64,000 nt of DNA from the human T2T-CHM13v2.0 reference genome, Homo sapiens, in NCBI RefSeq assembly GCF_009914755.1, contig NC_060947.1. One strand, 5' to 3'. Positions 1-17,242 of the stretch are shown piece by piece. The notes beneath the pieces are model-generated. The model was not told the DNA's origin, did no database searches, and worked only from the letters and a program-made list of their open reading frames with translations. The translations under genes were made by a program, and so were the position numbers. Each line of letters opens with the position of its first letter. The first letter of the stretch is position 1.

Positions 1-610
1 GGACAAAGTAACATCGTGCATGTGCTGATGTGATGCACTGAGAATGATGCAACATCACTTCTGTGCTGCCAAAAAAGTATAACCTGAGTGACGAGGAAAC
101 CTTAGACAAACTCAAATTGAGGGATATTCTATAAAATAGCCAGCCTGTATGCTTCAAAAATGTCAATGTTATTTAAGTCAAAGAAAGGCTGAGGAACATT
201 TCTAGATTAAAGGAGACTGAAAAACCGTGACAACTAAAAGCAGGATCTACATTAGAACCTGGATCAGAGGGGAACATGCAATGAAGGACATTAGTGAGAC
301 AGCTGTCTAAATATGAATGTGGACTGTATATGAAGTAGTAATGCATTAATGTAAATTTCCTTATTTTGATAGTTGTTATGTAAGAAACTACTCTTGTTCT
401 CAGGAAAATGCCTGCTAAAGTATTTGGAATGAAGGGACAGGATATCTCCAATTTACACTCAAATGCTTCAAAAATAAATGTAAGGAGAAATAAGGCAAAT
501 GTGGCAAAATGTTAACAATTTGCAGAATCTGGACGAAGGATAAATAAGAGTTCTTTGTACTATTCTTATACCACTTCTGTAAGTTTGACGCTATTTCAAA
601 ATAAGTTTTT
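1..610 (+). mobile_element. Old L1M (L1MC/ME-type) 3' UTR fragment
   Basis: Resembles the degenerate L1M 3' end (gttctttgtactattctt...tttcaaaataagttt); recognised by eye, subfamily uncertain. Confidence 0.55.
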
Positions 611-619
611 TAAAACCCT

Positions 620-1380
620 GCAATGGCTCCCTGTTCTCCAGAGTAAAACCAAAGTTCTTAAAACAGCCTGCAAGCCCCTGTGTGATTTGGCTTTTTATCA
701 CCTCTCTCACGTCTTCGCTCACCGTTTTCCCCTTAGCTTGCTCTGCTTCTGGCACATTGACCTCAGTACTGCCCTTAGAAAGGCTCCAAGCACCCTGCAG
801 TGCTCAGGTTATATCCTCCTGCCCAGAACGCTCTTTCTTCAAGTATCCCCATGGCTTATTCCCTCATTTCCTTCAGGTCTTTGTTCAAACGTCACTTTTC
901 AGTGAGGACATCACAGATCACCCTATTTAAAATTGCATTCCCGGCTGGACGCAGTGGCTCATGCCTGTAATCCCAGCACCTTGGGAGGATGAGATGGGTG
1001 GAACTCCTGAGGTCAGGAGTTCAAGACCAGCAAGGCCAACATGGTGAAACCCCATCTCTATTAAAAATACAAAAATTAGCCAGATGTGGTGGTGCATGCC
1101 TGTAGTCCCAGCTACTCGGGAGGCTGAGGCAGGAAAATCACTTGAACTCAGGAGGCAGAGGTTGCAATGAGCTGAGATCATGCTGCTGCACTGCTGCACT
1201 CCAGCCTGGGCCACAGACCGAAAATAAAAATAAAATTGCATTCCCCGCCCTCCTTCAAGAAATCTCTATATCCCTTTCCCACTTTGCTTTCCTCTGTGGC
1301 TTTTTTTCACCTTCTAATATGTTATATGCTTTATCTTTTTTTTTTGTTTGTTTATTGTCTGTCTACATCCAGTAGAACAT
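620..1380 (+). mobile_element. L2 3' region interrupted by an Alu
   Basis: L2-like motifs (caatggctccc, tcaaacgtcac, tttattgtctgtct); the remaining L2 3' end appears at ~8940-9055. Confidence 0.55.
943..1230 (+). mobile_element. Alu (AluS-like)
   Basis: Dimeric Alu flanked by 15-bp TSD taaaattgcattccc (928-942 and 1231-1245). Confidence 0.95.
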
Positions 1381-3268
1381 AATTTCTAAAAGTTGTTTAG
1401 TTAATTAATTTTAATTTTATGAACCAAAACTAAATAGAAACACAAAAACCCCAAAACTGTTAGAGACTTTTCTTTATATATATTTTTTGGCCTGTTGAAT
1501 ATTTACTCCACTGACATTATCTACAGAAGCACTTGGCCAGTTTTTACACAGTGATTCCTTATGCACACTGAAAGGGTCTCCGCAAAAATGACACTATATA
1601 CAAATCTGTACACCCATCCTCCAGAGCAATTCCCCAGCTCCCAGAGGGAGTTATCAACTTAAAGCAGGATACTTGAGGTTTCATGTCTTTAGTTGCCTTA
1701 TCATGATCCCAAATATACATTTCAGGGTTTGTTTTAGTTTTTAAAGACACTTTCCTTGAATATGTGCACTATGGTTAAAATTAAAAACAAAAGTAATAAA
1801 ATAAAATGATCGCTGGAAGGAGCTGACCCTCCCCACCCATCTGGGAGACTTCATCTGGCTGCAGCACAGCGAGGACTGTGTGTGTCCCTGGACAGATGCC
1901 CGGCACTGGGGTGGCCCCCGGTGGCGCACCTCTTCAGTGGAGTCAGCGAAGGCTCTTGCTGACTTTTAAAAAGGAGGAAGATGAAGAAGAAAAAAAGGAA
2001 AAACAAAACCCCAAATGCCAAAGGAATTTCAGTGGGATGAAGTTTCTCCACCACTTAGAGAATATCTGTGGAGCTGCTGCAGGAGCTGGCCCACTATGGT
2101 GTCGGAGATGCGGGGGCACACCTCCTCCACCAGGTAGATGGCCCCTCGAAGCTCTTCAGTGGACCCCAAGTTCCCTCCGCACGCCTGGCTCTTCAACTCT
2201 GCAAGCAGAGGAGAAATAATTGTAGATAAACACTGAGAGAAAGGCCTCTTTGGGATGTCTTTCATCTTATTTGTCTACATCCGATGGCTGAAGAGCTCCA
2301 TTCTCAAGATTCTTGGGATCTTTTTCTTGGATTGTGAAGATCCAGTCCCCAGAATCGCTGCCCCACTGAGTCTTGGCCATCTGTTTCCGAGTTGGAATCC
2401 TCGGAGCTCGAGTCTTCTTGGCTCTGCTTTGCCCTCCATCTCTTATACCTGTCGATGAGCTCGGTCAAGTAGGAAGTTTTCTTTGTATCGCGTAGTATAA
2501 ACTTGTGCTTCAATAACTCCTTAGCAGTGGGTCTAAAGCTCAGCTCTTTATTCAAACAGGCCTCCACAAACTCCTTGAGGGGTTTACTGTAGTTTTCTTC
2601 CAACGTTGGTGGGTTGTTCTTTGGAATAAGGAATAAAACTTTCATGGGATGCAGCTTGGAATAAGGTGGTTCTCCTTTTGCAAGTTAAATAGTTGTTATG
2701 CCCAGGGACCAGATGTCTGCCTTTGAGTCATAGGCCGACTGTTTGATGACCTCGGGTGCTATCCAGAACGGGGTGCCCACAAAAGTGTTCCTTTTGGTCT
2801 GGGTGTCTGCCAGTTGGCCAGCCATGCCAAAGTCCACCAGCTTCACCTCGCAGTGCTCAGACAGCAGGACGTTGGCCGCTTTAACACCTCTATGGATTTT
2901 CTTCTCCGAATGGAGGTAATCAAGTCCTTTCAGTATTTCTCTTAATATAGTAATGATCTGGGTTTCATCTAACGGGCCAGGTTCTAACAGATCTAGTGTG
3001 GAGCCTCCATCAGGATATTCCATTATTATCCATACTTTTGTATCCTTCATACATCCTTCATGTATCCATAATATTTGGTTACGTATGGACTGTCACACTG
3101 ACTCAACACTGTGATTTCTTGTTGAATGTCCTCTATCTCATCTTCAGCTTCTTCCAGATCAATGATTTTTATGGCAACCACTTTCTGAGTCCAACTGTCA
3201 ATGCCTTAGAACACCTCGCCAAAGGAGCCCTTCCCAATGTTCTCTAGTTTTGTAAAAAGACTTTCTGG

Positions 3269-6043
<2,775 letters not shown>

Positions 6044-6575
6044 CACCACAAAGCAGAATTCATAATATAACTATGGTTATATATATATATTTTAGGGCTC
6101 TTCCTTGAAATAATTAAGAAAGTATTGATACAATCTTTTGAAGAGAGTTTTAAATTTCATTTATTGGATATATCTTCCTCTAGGTAATAATAAAAATACA
6201 TGAAAGAAAAATTCATGTATTTTGGTCACTACTGCAAGAATTAAAGAAAGAGGAAAGAAACATGAAAGGTGGCTTGCCAGTTAAGACAGGTTTATTTTAA
6301 AGAAAACAAACCCGAGAGGAGCCTTTTGGCTGAGTTAGGTTAGAGGCACACTTTTTTACAGACTAAGAGTTTTTAAGGATTCAGGGTGGGAGAGTTTATT
6401 AGAGGCTTGGACTGCTTCTGTGTTTCTTTGTTGTGTTTATTTGGGAGGGATAGTTGTGTGTTTGTTCCCATACATATTTTTTTGCAGCTGCAAGCATACA
6501 CCCCAAGTCTGCTTTTAGCTTCCCTATCTTAGTGCACCTGAAGGGAGAGGGAAAAAACAAAAAAAACAAAAAAAA
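6044..6575 (+). mobile_element. 3' transduced sequence of L1 element A ending in a second A tail
   Basis: Non-L1, non-STK24 sequence between the L1 tail and a second A-rich tract (6552-6575); enclosed by TSD aaaaagactttctgg (3254-3268) / aaaaaacctttctgg (6570-6584). Confidence 0.8.
6233..6551 (-). mobile_element. Truncated ERV LTR 3' part (LTR2/HERV-E-like) inside the transduction
   Basis: Minus strand has an AATAAA and ends ...tttctttcctctttctttaattcttgCA, matching my recollection of LTR2-family ends. Confidence 0.6.
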
Positions 6576-6619
6576 CCTTTCTGGATCTGCCTTTAGGTTC
6601 TGCATGCCAGGCAGGCCCG

Positions 6620-6904
6620 ACTGCACAGGGAGTGAGCCGTGGCGCTCAGGACGTCCACTTCCTGGGACAGGACGGCCGGGTCACGGATCCGCGGGAGCCG
6701 GGAGGCCCGCGGGCCGCGCACAGCCCTCGGGCGGCCGGGCAGGCCAGAGCCCGAGGCCACTCCGGGCTCAGCGTCGAGCGGCTGGTCGGGTCTCCATGCA
6801 TCACGCCGGGGAGGGGCTGCGGCGGGCGCCGGGCCTCCAGCGAACTGCCGCCACCGCTGCCCTGCCACTGCTGCTGGGCTGGAGCTGCTATGCCTGGCCC
6901 CGCC
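6620..6904 (-). promoter_or_regulatory. CpG-rich retrocopied STK24 5' UTR (small CpG-island-like patch)
   Basis: Very high GC with many intact CpGs and a GC box (ccccgcc ~6898-6904) in otherwise CpG-depleted DNA; regulatory activity is not demonstrated. Confidence 0.5.
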
Positions 6905-6917
6905 TAGAGCCTTTTCT

Positions 6918-8949
<2,032 letters not shown>

Positions 8950-9089
8950 TGAGGGGAGATAGAGTTATCTGTTTTGTTTGCTGCTGAATCCTTAGCATCT
9001 CAGGGTGTTGCCTGTACACGGTGGGCACTCAAATGATTGCGGACTATATGAATACTGTTATGCTTGAAAAATAAGTTGCAGAAGAACAG

Positions 9090-9310
9090 GTAATAATAGC
9101 TAATACTTAATAAAGCATTTATTACGTACCAGGTAGTGTTTTAAGTGCTTTACATGTATTATCTCATTGATTTTATACAAATAATAGAGGTGGATACCAT
9201 CATCACCATTAACTCATGATCATCATCATCATCATTTCCATGTTGCAGATGAGGAAGCTGAGGCAGTGAGACATTAGGAAAACCATGTAGTATGGCTTCA
9301 GAGTCTGTTT
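9090..9310 (-). mobile_element. MIR
   Basis: MIR core cagatgaggaagctgaggc and taataatagctaa...gtgctttacatgtattatctcatt. Confidence 0.7.
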
Positions 9311-9377
9311 TATTAGCTACTATGGTGTACTGTCTCTCTTGTGGTATGGCCCCTTTTATAGTATGTTTAAAAGCATG

Positions 9378-9845
9378 AGCCTGGTGCAGTGGCTCACAGC
9401 TGTTATTCTGGCACTTTGGGAGGCCAAGGTGAGACGGTTGCTTGAGGCCAGGAATCTGAAACCATATGGGCAATATAGCAAGATTCTATCTCTACAAAAA
9501 ATACAAAAATTAGCAAGGTGTGGTGGTGGATGCCTGTGGTCCCAGCTACTCTGGAGGCTGAGGTGGGAGGATTGCTTGAGGCAGGAATTTGAGACCATAT
9601 GGGCAATATAGCAAGATGCTATCTCTACAAAAACTACAAAAATTAGCCAGGCGTGGTGGTGGATGCCTGTGGTCACAGCTACTCTGGAGGCTGAGGTGGG
9701 AGGATTGCTTGAGCCTGGGAGGTGGAGGCTGCAGTGAACCTTGATTGCGCCAATGTATTCCAGAATGGGCAACAGCCAGACTCTGTCTCAAAGGAAAGAC
9801 AGACAGACAGACAGACAGACAGAAAGAAAGAAAGGAGGGAGGGAG
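9378..9845 (+). mobile_element. AluJ-like element with an internal ~134-bp tandem duplication and a (GACA)n/(GAAA)n tail
   Basis: Segment starting ttgcttgagg at 9438 recurs at 9572. Confidence 0.85.
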
Positions 9846-10471
9846 GCAAATTTATGTGATGTTTAAAAACATGTAGTATCATTATGCAAAATAATACTAC
9901 ACACTGTTAAGAAATGCCCACATATGTAGTGAAAGTATAAAGGAATGCATGGGAATGACAATGAGCAGGCAATCATTGGTAGTTGGGTGGTAGTTTTTAA
10001 GTTGGCAATCAAATGTAAGTAAAATTGTCCTTCAAAATCTCTTAAGGAGTTGTCAGCATAGATGATTTTTTCCTCCAGCATTGGACCCTTTTGCTGTTTC
10101 TATGGTTGAGCCCCAAATTCAATAGCTGGCTTGCTATTCCCCACCAATTGGCCTGGTGGGATGCTCACACCAGGAAAGGGAGAGGGAATGAAGATGGCTT
10201 GGACCTTCAACAGATTAAGGGTCTTTTCTAGTGTTAGAAACAGGGACAGAGTTGCAACAAGTCAATCAGCTCAGCCCTCTCTGTGGGAGGACAAGTAAAT
10301 CAGCAGAGCCATATGGCTATCTAGGCCTTTGAGTTTCCAGGCATGGATGGCTCATAACATCCCGTGATAGCCTTTTCTGGTGCTTATCAATTCCTATTGT
10401 CAATAATGACTTATTTATATCTATCTCACATCTCAGACTGCAATTTCAGCCAATTTCCTACTTCTCTGTAG

Positions 10472-10546
10472 ATATGGAGAGCAGATGGTCAACATTCTCC
10501 TCATAACCTTCCAGGGAATGGAAGATACCCGTTGAAGCCCTCCCAG
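10472..10546 (+). other. ADGRG4: Candidate non-coding 5' UTR exon of ADGRG4
   Basis: Pyrimidine-rich acceptor cttctctgtag and donor cag|gtgaca; splice signals only. Confidence 0.4.
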
Positions 10547-11193
10547 GTGACAATTGTTTTCCTGACAAAAGAGTTCCAATTTCTTTTTTTGGTACAAATT
10601 TAATTTTCTAGTCAATTATTTCATTTGTGCTATGTTGGATTTTTAACAAAACATAGTGTTTTTCTTTGAAAAAAAAGAACACATGCAAATGATTACAATT
10701 CTTACCGTACAAAAGCATGTTCAGTGAAAACTGAGGTTTCCTCCCACCCAAAACCCCTCAGTTTCCATCTCTAGAAGCAACTATTCTTACCAGGGTCCTT
10801 TTCCAGAGATATTTGATGACATATCTAAGTATATATAAATAATTCTCCTCTAAATTCTTTTCTTCATTTCAGCAAACATTAATTAAGCACCTACTATGTG
10901 TCAGGCACTGTGCTAACTCCTGGGGCAGGGCACAGAAAGAACAGGATGTGTTTCCCTGTCCTCAGGAAGCTTACACTCTAGTAGGGGAGAAAGGCATAGT
11001 TTATGAAGTATTGATTGAGCGCCCTCTATGTGCCAGGCAGCATGCGAACCACTGGAGAACATAGAGTTCCTGCCCTACCAGAGCTTAGTGTTGTGAGGGA
11101 GACAGACCAATGAGCAGGCATGGTGTGAAATATAAACACATGCCAGGGAAGTGTCAATATGTTTCTTGGTAATGGCTCCACATCTTCTTGTAG

Positions 11194-11362
11194 GCTGTGT
11201 GACCCCACGTTGGGGACAGGTCACAAAACCTAAGCCTTGTGCCTACTGGAAAGAAGAAGCAGTGGAGTCCTTGACAGAAGCAGTGGTGCTGGAACCTGGT
11301 GCTAGGCGCTGGGCCAAGCACTTTACATACTGTGTGTTATGTAATCTTCACAGCAATATGAG
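11194..11362 (+). other. ADGRG4: Candidate non-coding 5' UTR exon of ADGRG4 with a MIR-derived donor
   Basis: Acceptor catcttcttgtag and strong donor gag|gtgagt lying within a MIR (~11300-11500). Confidence 0.45.
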
Positions 11363-12199
11363 GTGAGTTCCATGGTCAGCATTTTACAAATGAGGACACT
11401 GGGGGCTCCAGAGAAGTTAGGGAACTAGCCACAAGTCACACAGGTGGGACTCAAACTCAAGCCTGTCTTTCCACAAAGCCTAGGTTCTTATTCACTACTC
11501 TGATAACAGTTTGTGGGTTTTGGGGTGAATCATGGATTATTCCAATACACCTCCTCCTTCTCCATTCCCCTGTGAAGAATCCTGGCCTTAAGCTGGGTCG
11601 ACTCAGCCTCCTATTAGACTGAATTTTCTGTTGAAGATATGAGATGAAGAGGAAAATGCACTGGTTTGGTAGTCAGGACACCTTGGTTCTAGCTCCTGCT
11701 TTACCTTTCACAAGCTCTATGACTTTGGATGAGTCATTCTACCCTTGGGACCCCAGGGGCCTCACCTGTAAAGTTCAGAGGCTGACAGGGATCATCTCTG
11801 AATCCTCCACGGGATTTTGGTGGTATTTCTGTCACCCCTAAGGGGCTGTAATGACACCTTCTGGGACAAAAACAACATCCCCTTCTTGAGACGAACATAA
11901 AGCCAGTTCAATAAATCTATTTACTTTCAAGGCGACTTGAAGAATAAATGTCCAGTGAGGGTAAATAGCTGGCTTCACCTTACAGATGGAGTAAGATGTG
12001 AATATGTTCATGCCTCTTTGGCCTTTGCTTTCTGCTCATAGTTCTGAACACTACACCTCCTCCTCCCCACTTTCTTAGTAAAGTGAAATGAGCCTTAGTC
12101 AAGTAAACAAGTACCCTTTTAATATATCCAATTTAATTAAAGCAATAATCAACTAGGAACTGAAAATAATCCTTAGTGAAAACTGGGAAAGAGCCCTCA

Positions 12200-12500
12200 A
12201 ATTAATGGGTTATTGCAGGGTTGTAATAATCTGAGAACTTTGCCCATGCTGATTTTATGCTCAGGAGAGCAGCCCCATGACGTGCTACAAGCCGCAAAAA
12301 GAGGATCTACCCGGATCAATAAGCCCCATAAAGCTAAGAGCAGAGAGGCTGGTTTGATGCAGAAAAGAAGGTGACTGAGGCATGGACAGCAGAAAATGAG
12401 TCTCCTGTTTAGTACTTCTTTCATTTCACATCAAACATAGGAATTTAGAGACAAGATCTGGTCATTTGAGGGTGGGAAGTTAAAAGAGTCCAGTTCTCAG
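12200..12500 (+). promoter_or_regulatory. Candidate proximal promoter / first exon of ADGRG4
   Basis: Non-repeat DNA with HNF4-like, CDX-like and CRE half-site motifs, ending in a perfect donor cag|gtaagt at 12500/12501. Confidence 0.4.
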
Positions 12501-12506
12501 GTAAGT

Positions 12507-12915
12507 GTTTCTCTTCCTCCCTTCCTCCTTCCCTCCCTCTTTCCTTTCCTTCCTTCTTTCCCTCTTTCCCCCTCTCTCCTTCTTTCCCTTAAATTTTTCT
12601 GAACCACAAAATTAAGAAATACGCATCATGAAATAACCAAATTGCTTGAAATTGTGTGAGGTATAAAATTCAAGTCTTTAATCCTCACCCTTTCTTTCTC
12701 TTTTCCTCTTTCTTTACTTTTCCTCCTTCCTTCCTTTTATGTTTTTTCAAAATTATGAAAGTAATGTATGCTCATTGTAAAAGCAAACAGTACAGAATCA
12801 CAGGAAGTATAAAGGAAACATTTAATTCCCATTTTTCCTTCCTATCTCTTTCCTCCCCTTCCTATCTTCCTTACCTTCCTCTCTCTCTCCCTTTCTTCCT
12901 TTCTCCTTTCCTTTG
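12507..12915 (+). repeat. CT-rich low-complexity tracts
   Basis: Near-pure polypyrimidine runs at ~12507-12590, 12690-12740 and 12830-12915. Confidence 0.8.
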
Positions 12916-13033
12916 ATTTTTAAAAGTATGTAACTAATTTATAATCTTTGTAAAATAACCAGACAGTACAGAACAGTATGGAAAATTCCTCATGCCCCAT
13001 CCCCTTTCCTCAACCCACCTTTTCATGCCTTAT

Positions 13034-13352
13034 ATATAGACTTACCTTATTCCTTTTTTTTTTTTTTTTTGGAGACAGAATCTCGCTCTGTCGCCCTGGC
13101 TGGAGTGCAGTGGCATGAACACAGCTTACTGCATTGTCTGTCTCCCAGATTCAAGTGATTCTCATACCTCAGCCTCTCAAGTAGCTAGAATTATAGGCAT
13201 GCGCCACCATGCCCGGCTAATTTTGTATTTTTAGTAGAGACAGGGTTTCACCATGTTGCCTAGGCTGGTTTCGAGCTCCTGGCCTCAAGTGACCCAGCTG
13301 CCTCAGCCTCTGAAAGTGCTGTGATTACAGGCATGAGCCACCATGCCCAGCC
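13034..13352 (-). mobile_element. Alu
   Basis: Antisense dimer with poly(T); TSD ttattcctttt. Confidence 0.92.
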
Positions 13353-14404
13353 TTTATTCCTTTTAATGGTTGCATAGTATTCTGTTGTGTAAATGTCCCA
13401 TGATTTATTTATTGGGCACCAGGTAAGTTTCTGAAACATACCTTGAAGTTGTTATAAAAGTTTAGGGGAAATGGAAGAAAAATATAAATTGGATTACTTG
13501 CTGCTGAAAATCCCATTTTATAGATAGCAATCATATCCATTTCTATAGCACTTTATGCTTTGAAAATTGCCTTCGAAATATCATCTCATTTGATCCTCTT
13601 CAAGAGCAGCTCTGAGAAATATGCAGATTATTATCTCCATTTTTACAGATAAGGAAACTGAGTCCCAGGGAAATTAAGGAACAAAAATATGTATGGCCTC
13701 ACAGCCAGTTACTGATTCTCAGCCTAGTCCTCTTATAGCACTATAAATTTAAGCTGCATTTCATTTTGCAAGTCATGAAAGATTTAGACACCCCCTTACT
13801 TCTAAGCTCATAGTTTAGAAAATCCATCCAACTCATACAAATTCCCTTATTATTCTAATGAGAATGGTGGTAGAATCCTTGGTAAATATGAAGAGCCTGA
13901 TTAATGGCTGGCATTCATAGCAAGCTCAAGATTCATTTGACTTCCTAATTGGCTTCTGTTACATTAAATGTAAAGTGGGTCTATTCATTCCAAATCCCAC
14001 TTGGAGGTAGAAAGAAATACAATACGTTGCATTATCCTATAGAAAAAGAAATGTTTAAATCAGTAGTAAATCATTCAGAAGTATATTTCATTTAAAATCA
14101 GAAATGCCCATCAGCACCCTACTGCCAATTTTCTGTAACATGTTTCAGTAGGATTTGCAGTTTTAACACCATTTTGTTTGGAGAAAAGAGGGTTTTAAGT
14201 GCATTTTCCACATAAGACACTATAGTTACAATTAATTAAGGAGAGAAGCTGGGTGAACATAATGAAATGGTGATTAGATTTCTCTAAACAGATCTGTTTT
14301 AAAAATACAAATGATTTGATGAGTTACTTTTGTCAACAAGGTCTTCTTGCATAACATTCCTTCAAGAAATTTAGGATCATTATAACTACAAGTAGTTGAA
14401 TTGA

Positions 14405-14758
<354 letters not shown>

Positions 14759-15116
14759 TAATTATGCATTTAATGTCTGTCCTCCCCACAGGGCTAACTG
14801 TCCTATGATGGCAGAGATGTGTGTCTTGTCTTCTCAGCACTGTATTCCCAGGGAGCAACACAGTGTCCAGCACATAGAAGGGATTCAATAAAATTTATTG
14901 AGCTAGTATATAGATAAATCCATCAGTGAGGTTTCAGCCAGGCTGGGTATCTCTGGTAAATGCCTATCATGTGGTTGGCTGACATGACTTTAAGCAATAG
15001 GAAAAAACCCTTAGGTGGTATGCAAAGGAGAAGTGTGGTCACATACGCTTAGAAATTGTATTTTCTGAATATCTGAGCTGGGCATATTTTTGACTTTTTA
15101 AACACAGACTTAGACA

Positions 15117-15186
15117 ATGAAAGAACACATCATATATCAGAAGCTTTATGGATTGATTCTCATGTCGAGTTTTATCTTTCTCTCAG
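15117..15186 (+). CDS. ADGRG4: ADGRG4 first coding exon, signal peptide MKEHIIYQKLYGLILMSSFIFLS (exon starts at 15108)
   Basis: Acceptor acacag|, ATG at 15117, hydrophobic peptide, donor cag|gtaaga; phase 1 joins in frame to 29109. Confidence 0.92.
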
Positions 15187-16479
15187 GTAAGAAAATGTAT
15201 TCTTATTATCTCTTTCAATGTCTCATGTATAGTAGGTTATAGAAATAAACCATTTGAAAAATACTACCAATGGAGATTTGCTGGGCTGCCTCTTAATGGT
15301 CACCTTTTGGTCAATATGGCTACAGAAGAAGCTGAAGCATCAGTAAGTGAATTAATTCATTCATCATTCTGTACTACTGATAGAGAGCTGGCCTCAAGAA
15401 GGCAGTAGCTTGGACTACTACCTTTGACATTTCTTAAAGCAACTCTGAAATGCCATTTGGCGGCTAATGCACACCTAACAGAAGATTTGGGTTTTCTTTT
15501 GGACTGTTTCCTCTCCTCCGTAATGCTTTATTTAAAGCTGTCTGAAGCATTGTGATATCATCTTTCTGTCTCCATTATATGTATATGGCAAGAATCATAG
15601 AATACAGATGGGGAAACTGAGGCATGCAAACAGCTGGTAACAGATTCATAAAGCAATGGGCATATATTCTGGAAGCACCCAGACCTTCCCTAGACTCTAT
15701 GACAGGAATGAAAATAATTTGTCTCTATTTTACAGTAGATAATTAAGACAATTCACTGAAGTAGCTGGTAATTTGGAGACTTCAGGAGAAGGTCTTGGTA
15801 AACTGCAATCTTGTCCACATTAAGTAAATTCAGTTTGTAGCATTGCTTATTTAGCACATAAGTACTTAGCTAAAAGGTCATAAATGCCAGTGAGTGACAA
15901 CGCCTGATGAAATTGACCTGTGTTTAATTTGAACGGTCCTCAAGCGTAAGAGCTAATCTGCAAAAATACCAAATCATCATTGCCATCAAGAGCAAACACT
16001 GGCTTCTTGCTGCATGCAGAGCCTGATAGGAAACCATGTTTCTTATAATAGAGATTGAAATGGGGCCTACGGGGTACAGTGGCAACTTTGTCACCTGGCC
16101 TGGCCTACCTGCTAAAAAGTTGATTTATTTTTCCTCTACCTGTTTCCTCAAGGGCAAGAAACTGTATTTTCCCAATTTCTTTATCCAAAGCATCCAACAC
16201 AGGCCTTGACACACAGTTTAGGCACTTGGTTCATATGTGCTGATTTAATGAATTCATGCAATTTGAAATGATGAAAATTTTCAACATCTGTATGGTGGTG
16301 GGGTATATGACACAAACTCCATTGGTTTTTGTGAAGGGCTACAGGGCATGGTATAGAGCAATCTAGAATAGTGGAATATGGGAATCTAGTGTAGTCATGG
16401 AATAAAAAGTGAAGAGTGTGTGGTACTGAAAAGTTTGCATGGGTTTGCGAGGAATGTCACCACTCAGTGAAAATTATTA

Positions 16480-16663
16480 TTATTGTTATTATTATTATTA
16501 TTTTGAGACAGAGTCTCACTCTGTTGCCCAGGCTGGAGTGCAGTGACGCAATCTTGGCTCACTGCAACTTCTGCCTCCCAGATTCAAGCAATTCTCCTGC
16601 CTCAGCCTCCTGAGTAGCTGGGATTACAGGCGTCTGCCACCATGCCCGGCTAATTTTTATAAT
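16480..16663 (-). mobile_element. 5' truncated Alu (right arm) with (ATT)n tail
   Basis: Alu right monomer; TSD tcagtgaaaattat. Confidence 0.88.
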
Positions 16664-17242
16664 GGTCAGTGAAAATTATGATAGATGTGCAGGTCCTCAA
16701 CCTGCAGAGGTCAATTTAAAGCAGTCACAAGGTTTTCCAGACTGTTTAAGTCTCAAATTCATGAGTCAAACAAGTTTTTTTTGTAGGTTATCAAACATTG
16801 AATTATAATTGTTCTTTGATTGCCGAGAAATTCATTACTTTTTTCTTGGAAAAAAAAGACCCTGTCCTTGGAAACAACGGCATAACTCAGGTTCAGTTCC
16901 CTTCAGGCTCCAGATGAGTCACCAGCCTCCCAACTGTGAGGGTCATTATTGGGGAGAGATTAAGGCCAGATTAAGTGGAGGGTGACTCAGAGATGCTCTA
17001 ACTGGGAGGAGCCAGAGTGTGGAGCAAAACTGTCTCCATAGAAGAATATCAAGGGTTGAGAAGGAGAAGCCAAATCTGTATTAAAGTCTATGGGGTGAGA
17101 GCAGAGCCAGAAAGAAGAGATGAAGACTGAGGTCAAGAGCTGAATAGTTGCAGAATGGAGCAGGAGGTAAAAAATAAGGCATAAATGAGAGAAGAGGGCC
17201 TAGGACTTAGGCTGTATGTGGGACTCGGTTTCCTAGTTCTCT

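Noticed and set aside
2029-3050. Kinase ORFs as a functional retrogene
   Set aside because: Start codon lost, multiple frameshifts, an internal stop, HRD catalytic Asp mutated and a 3.3-kb insertion near codon 22
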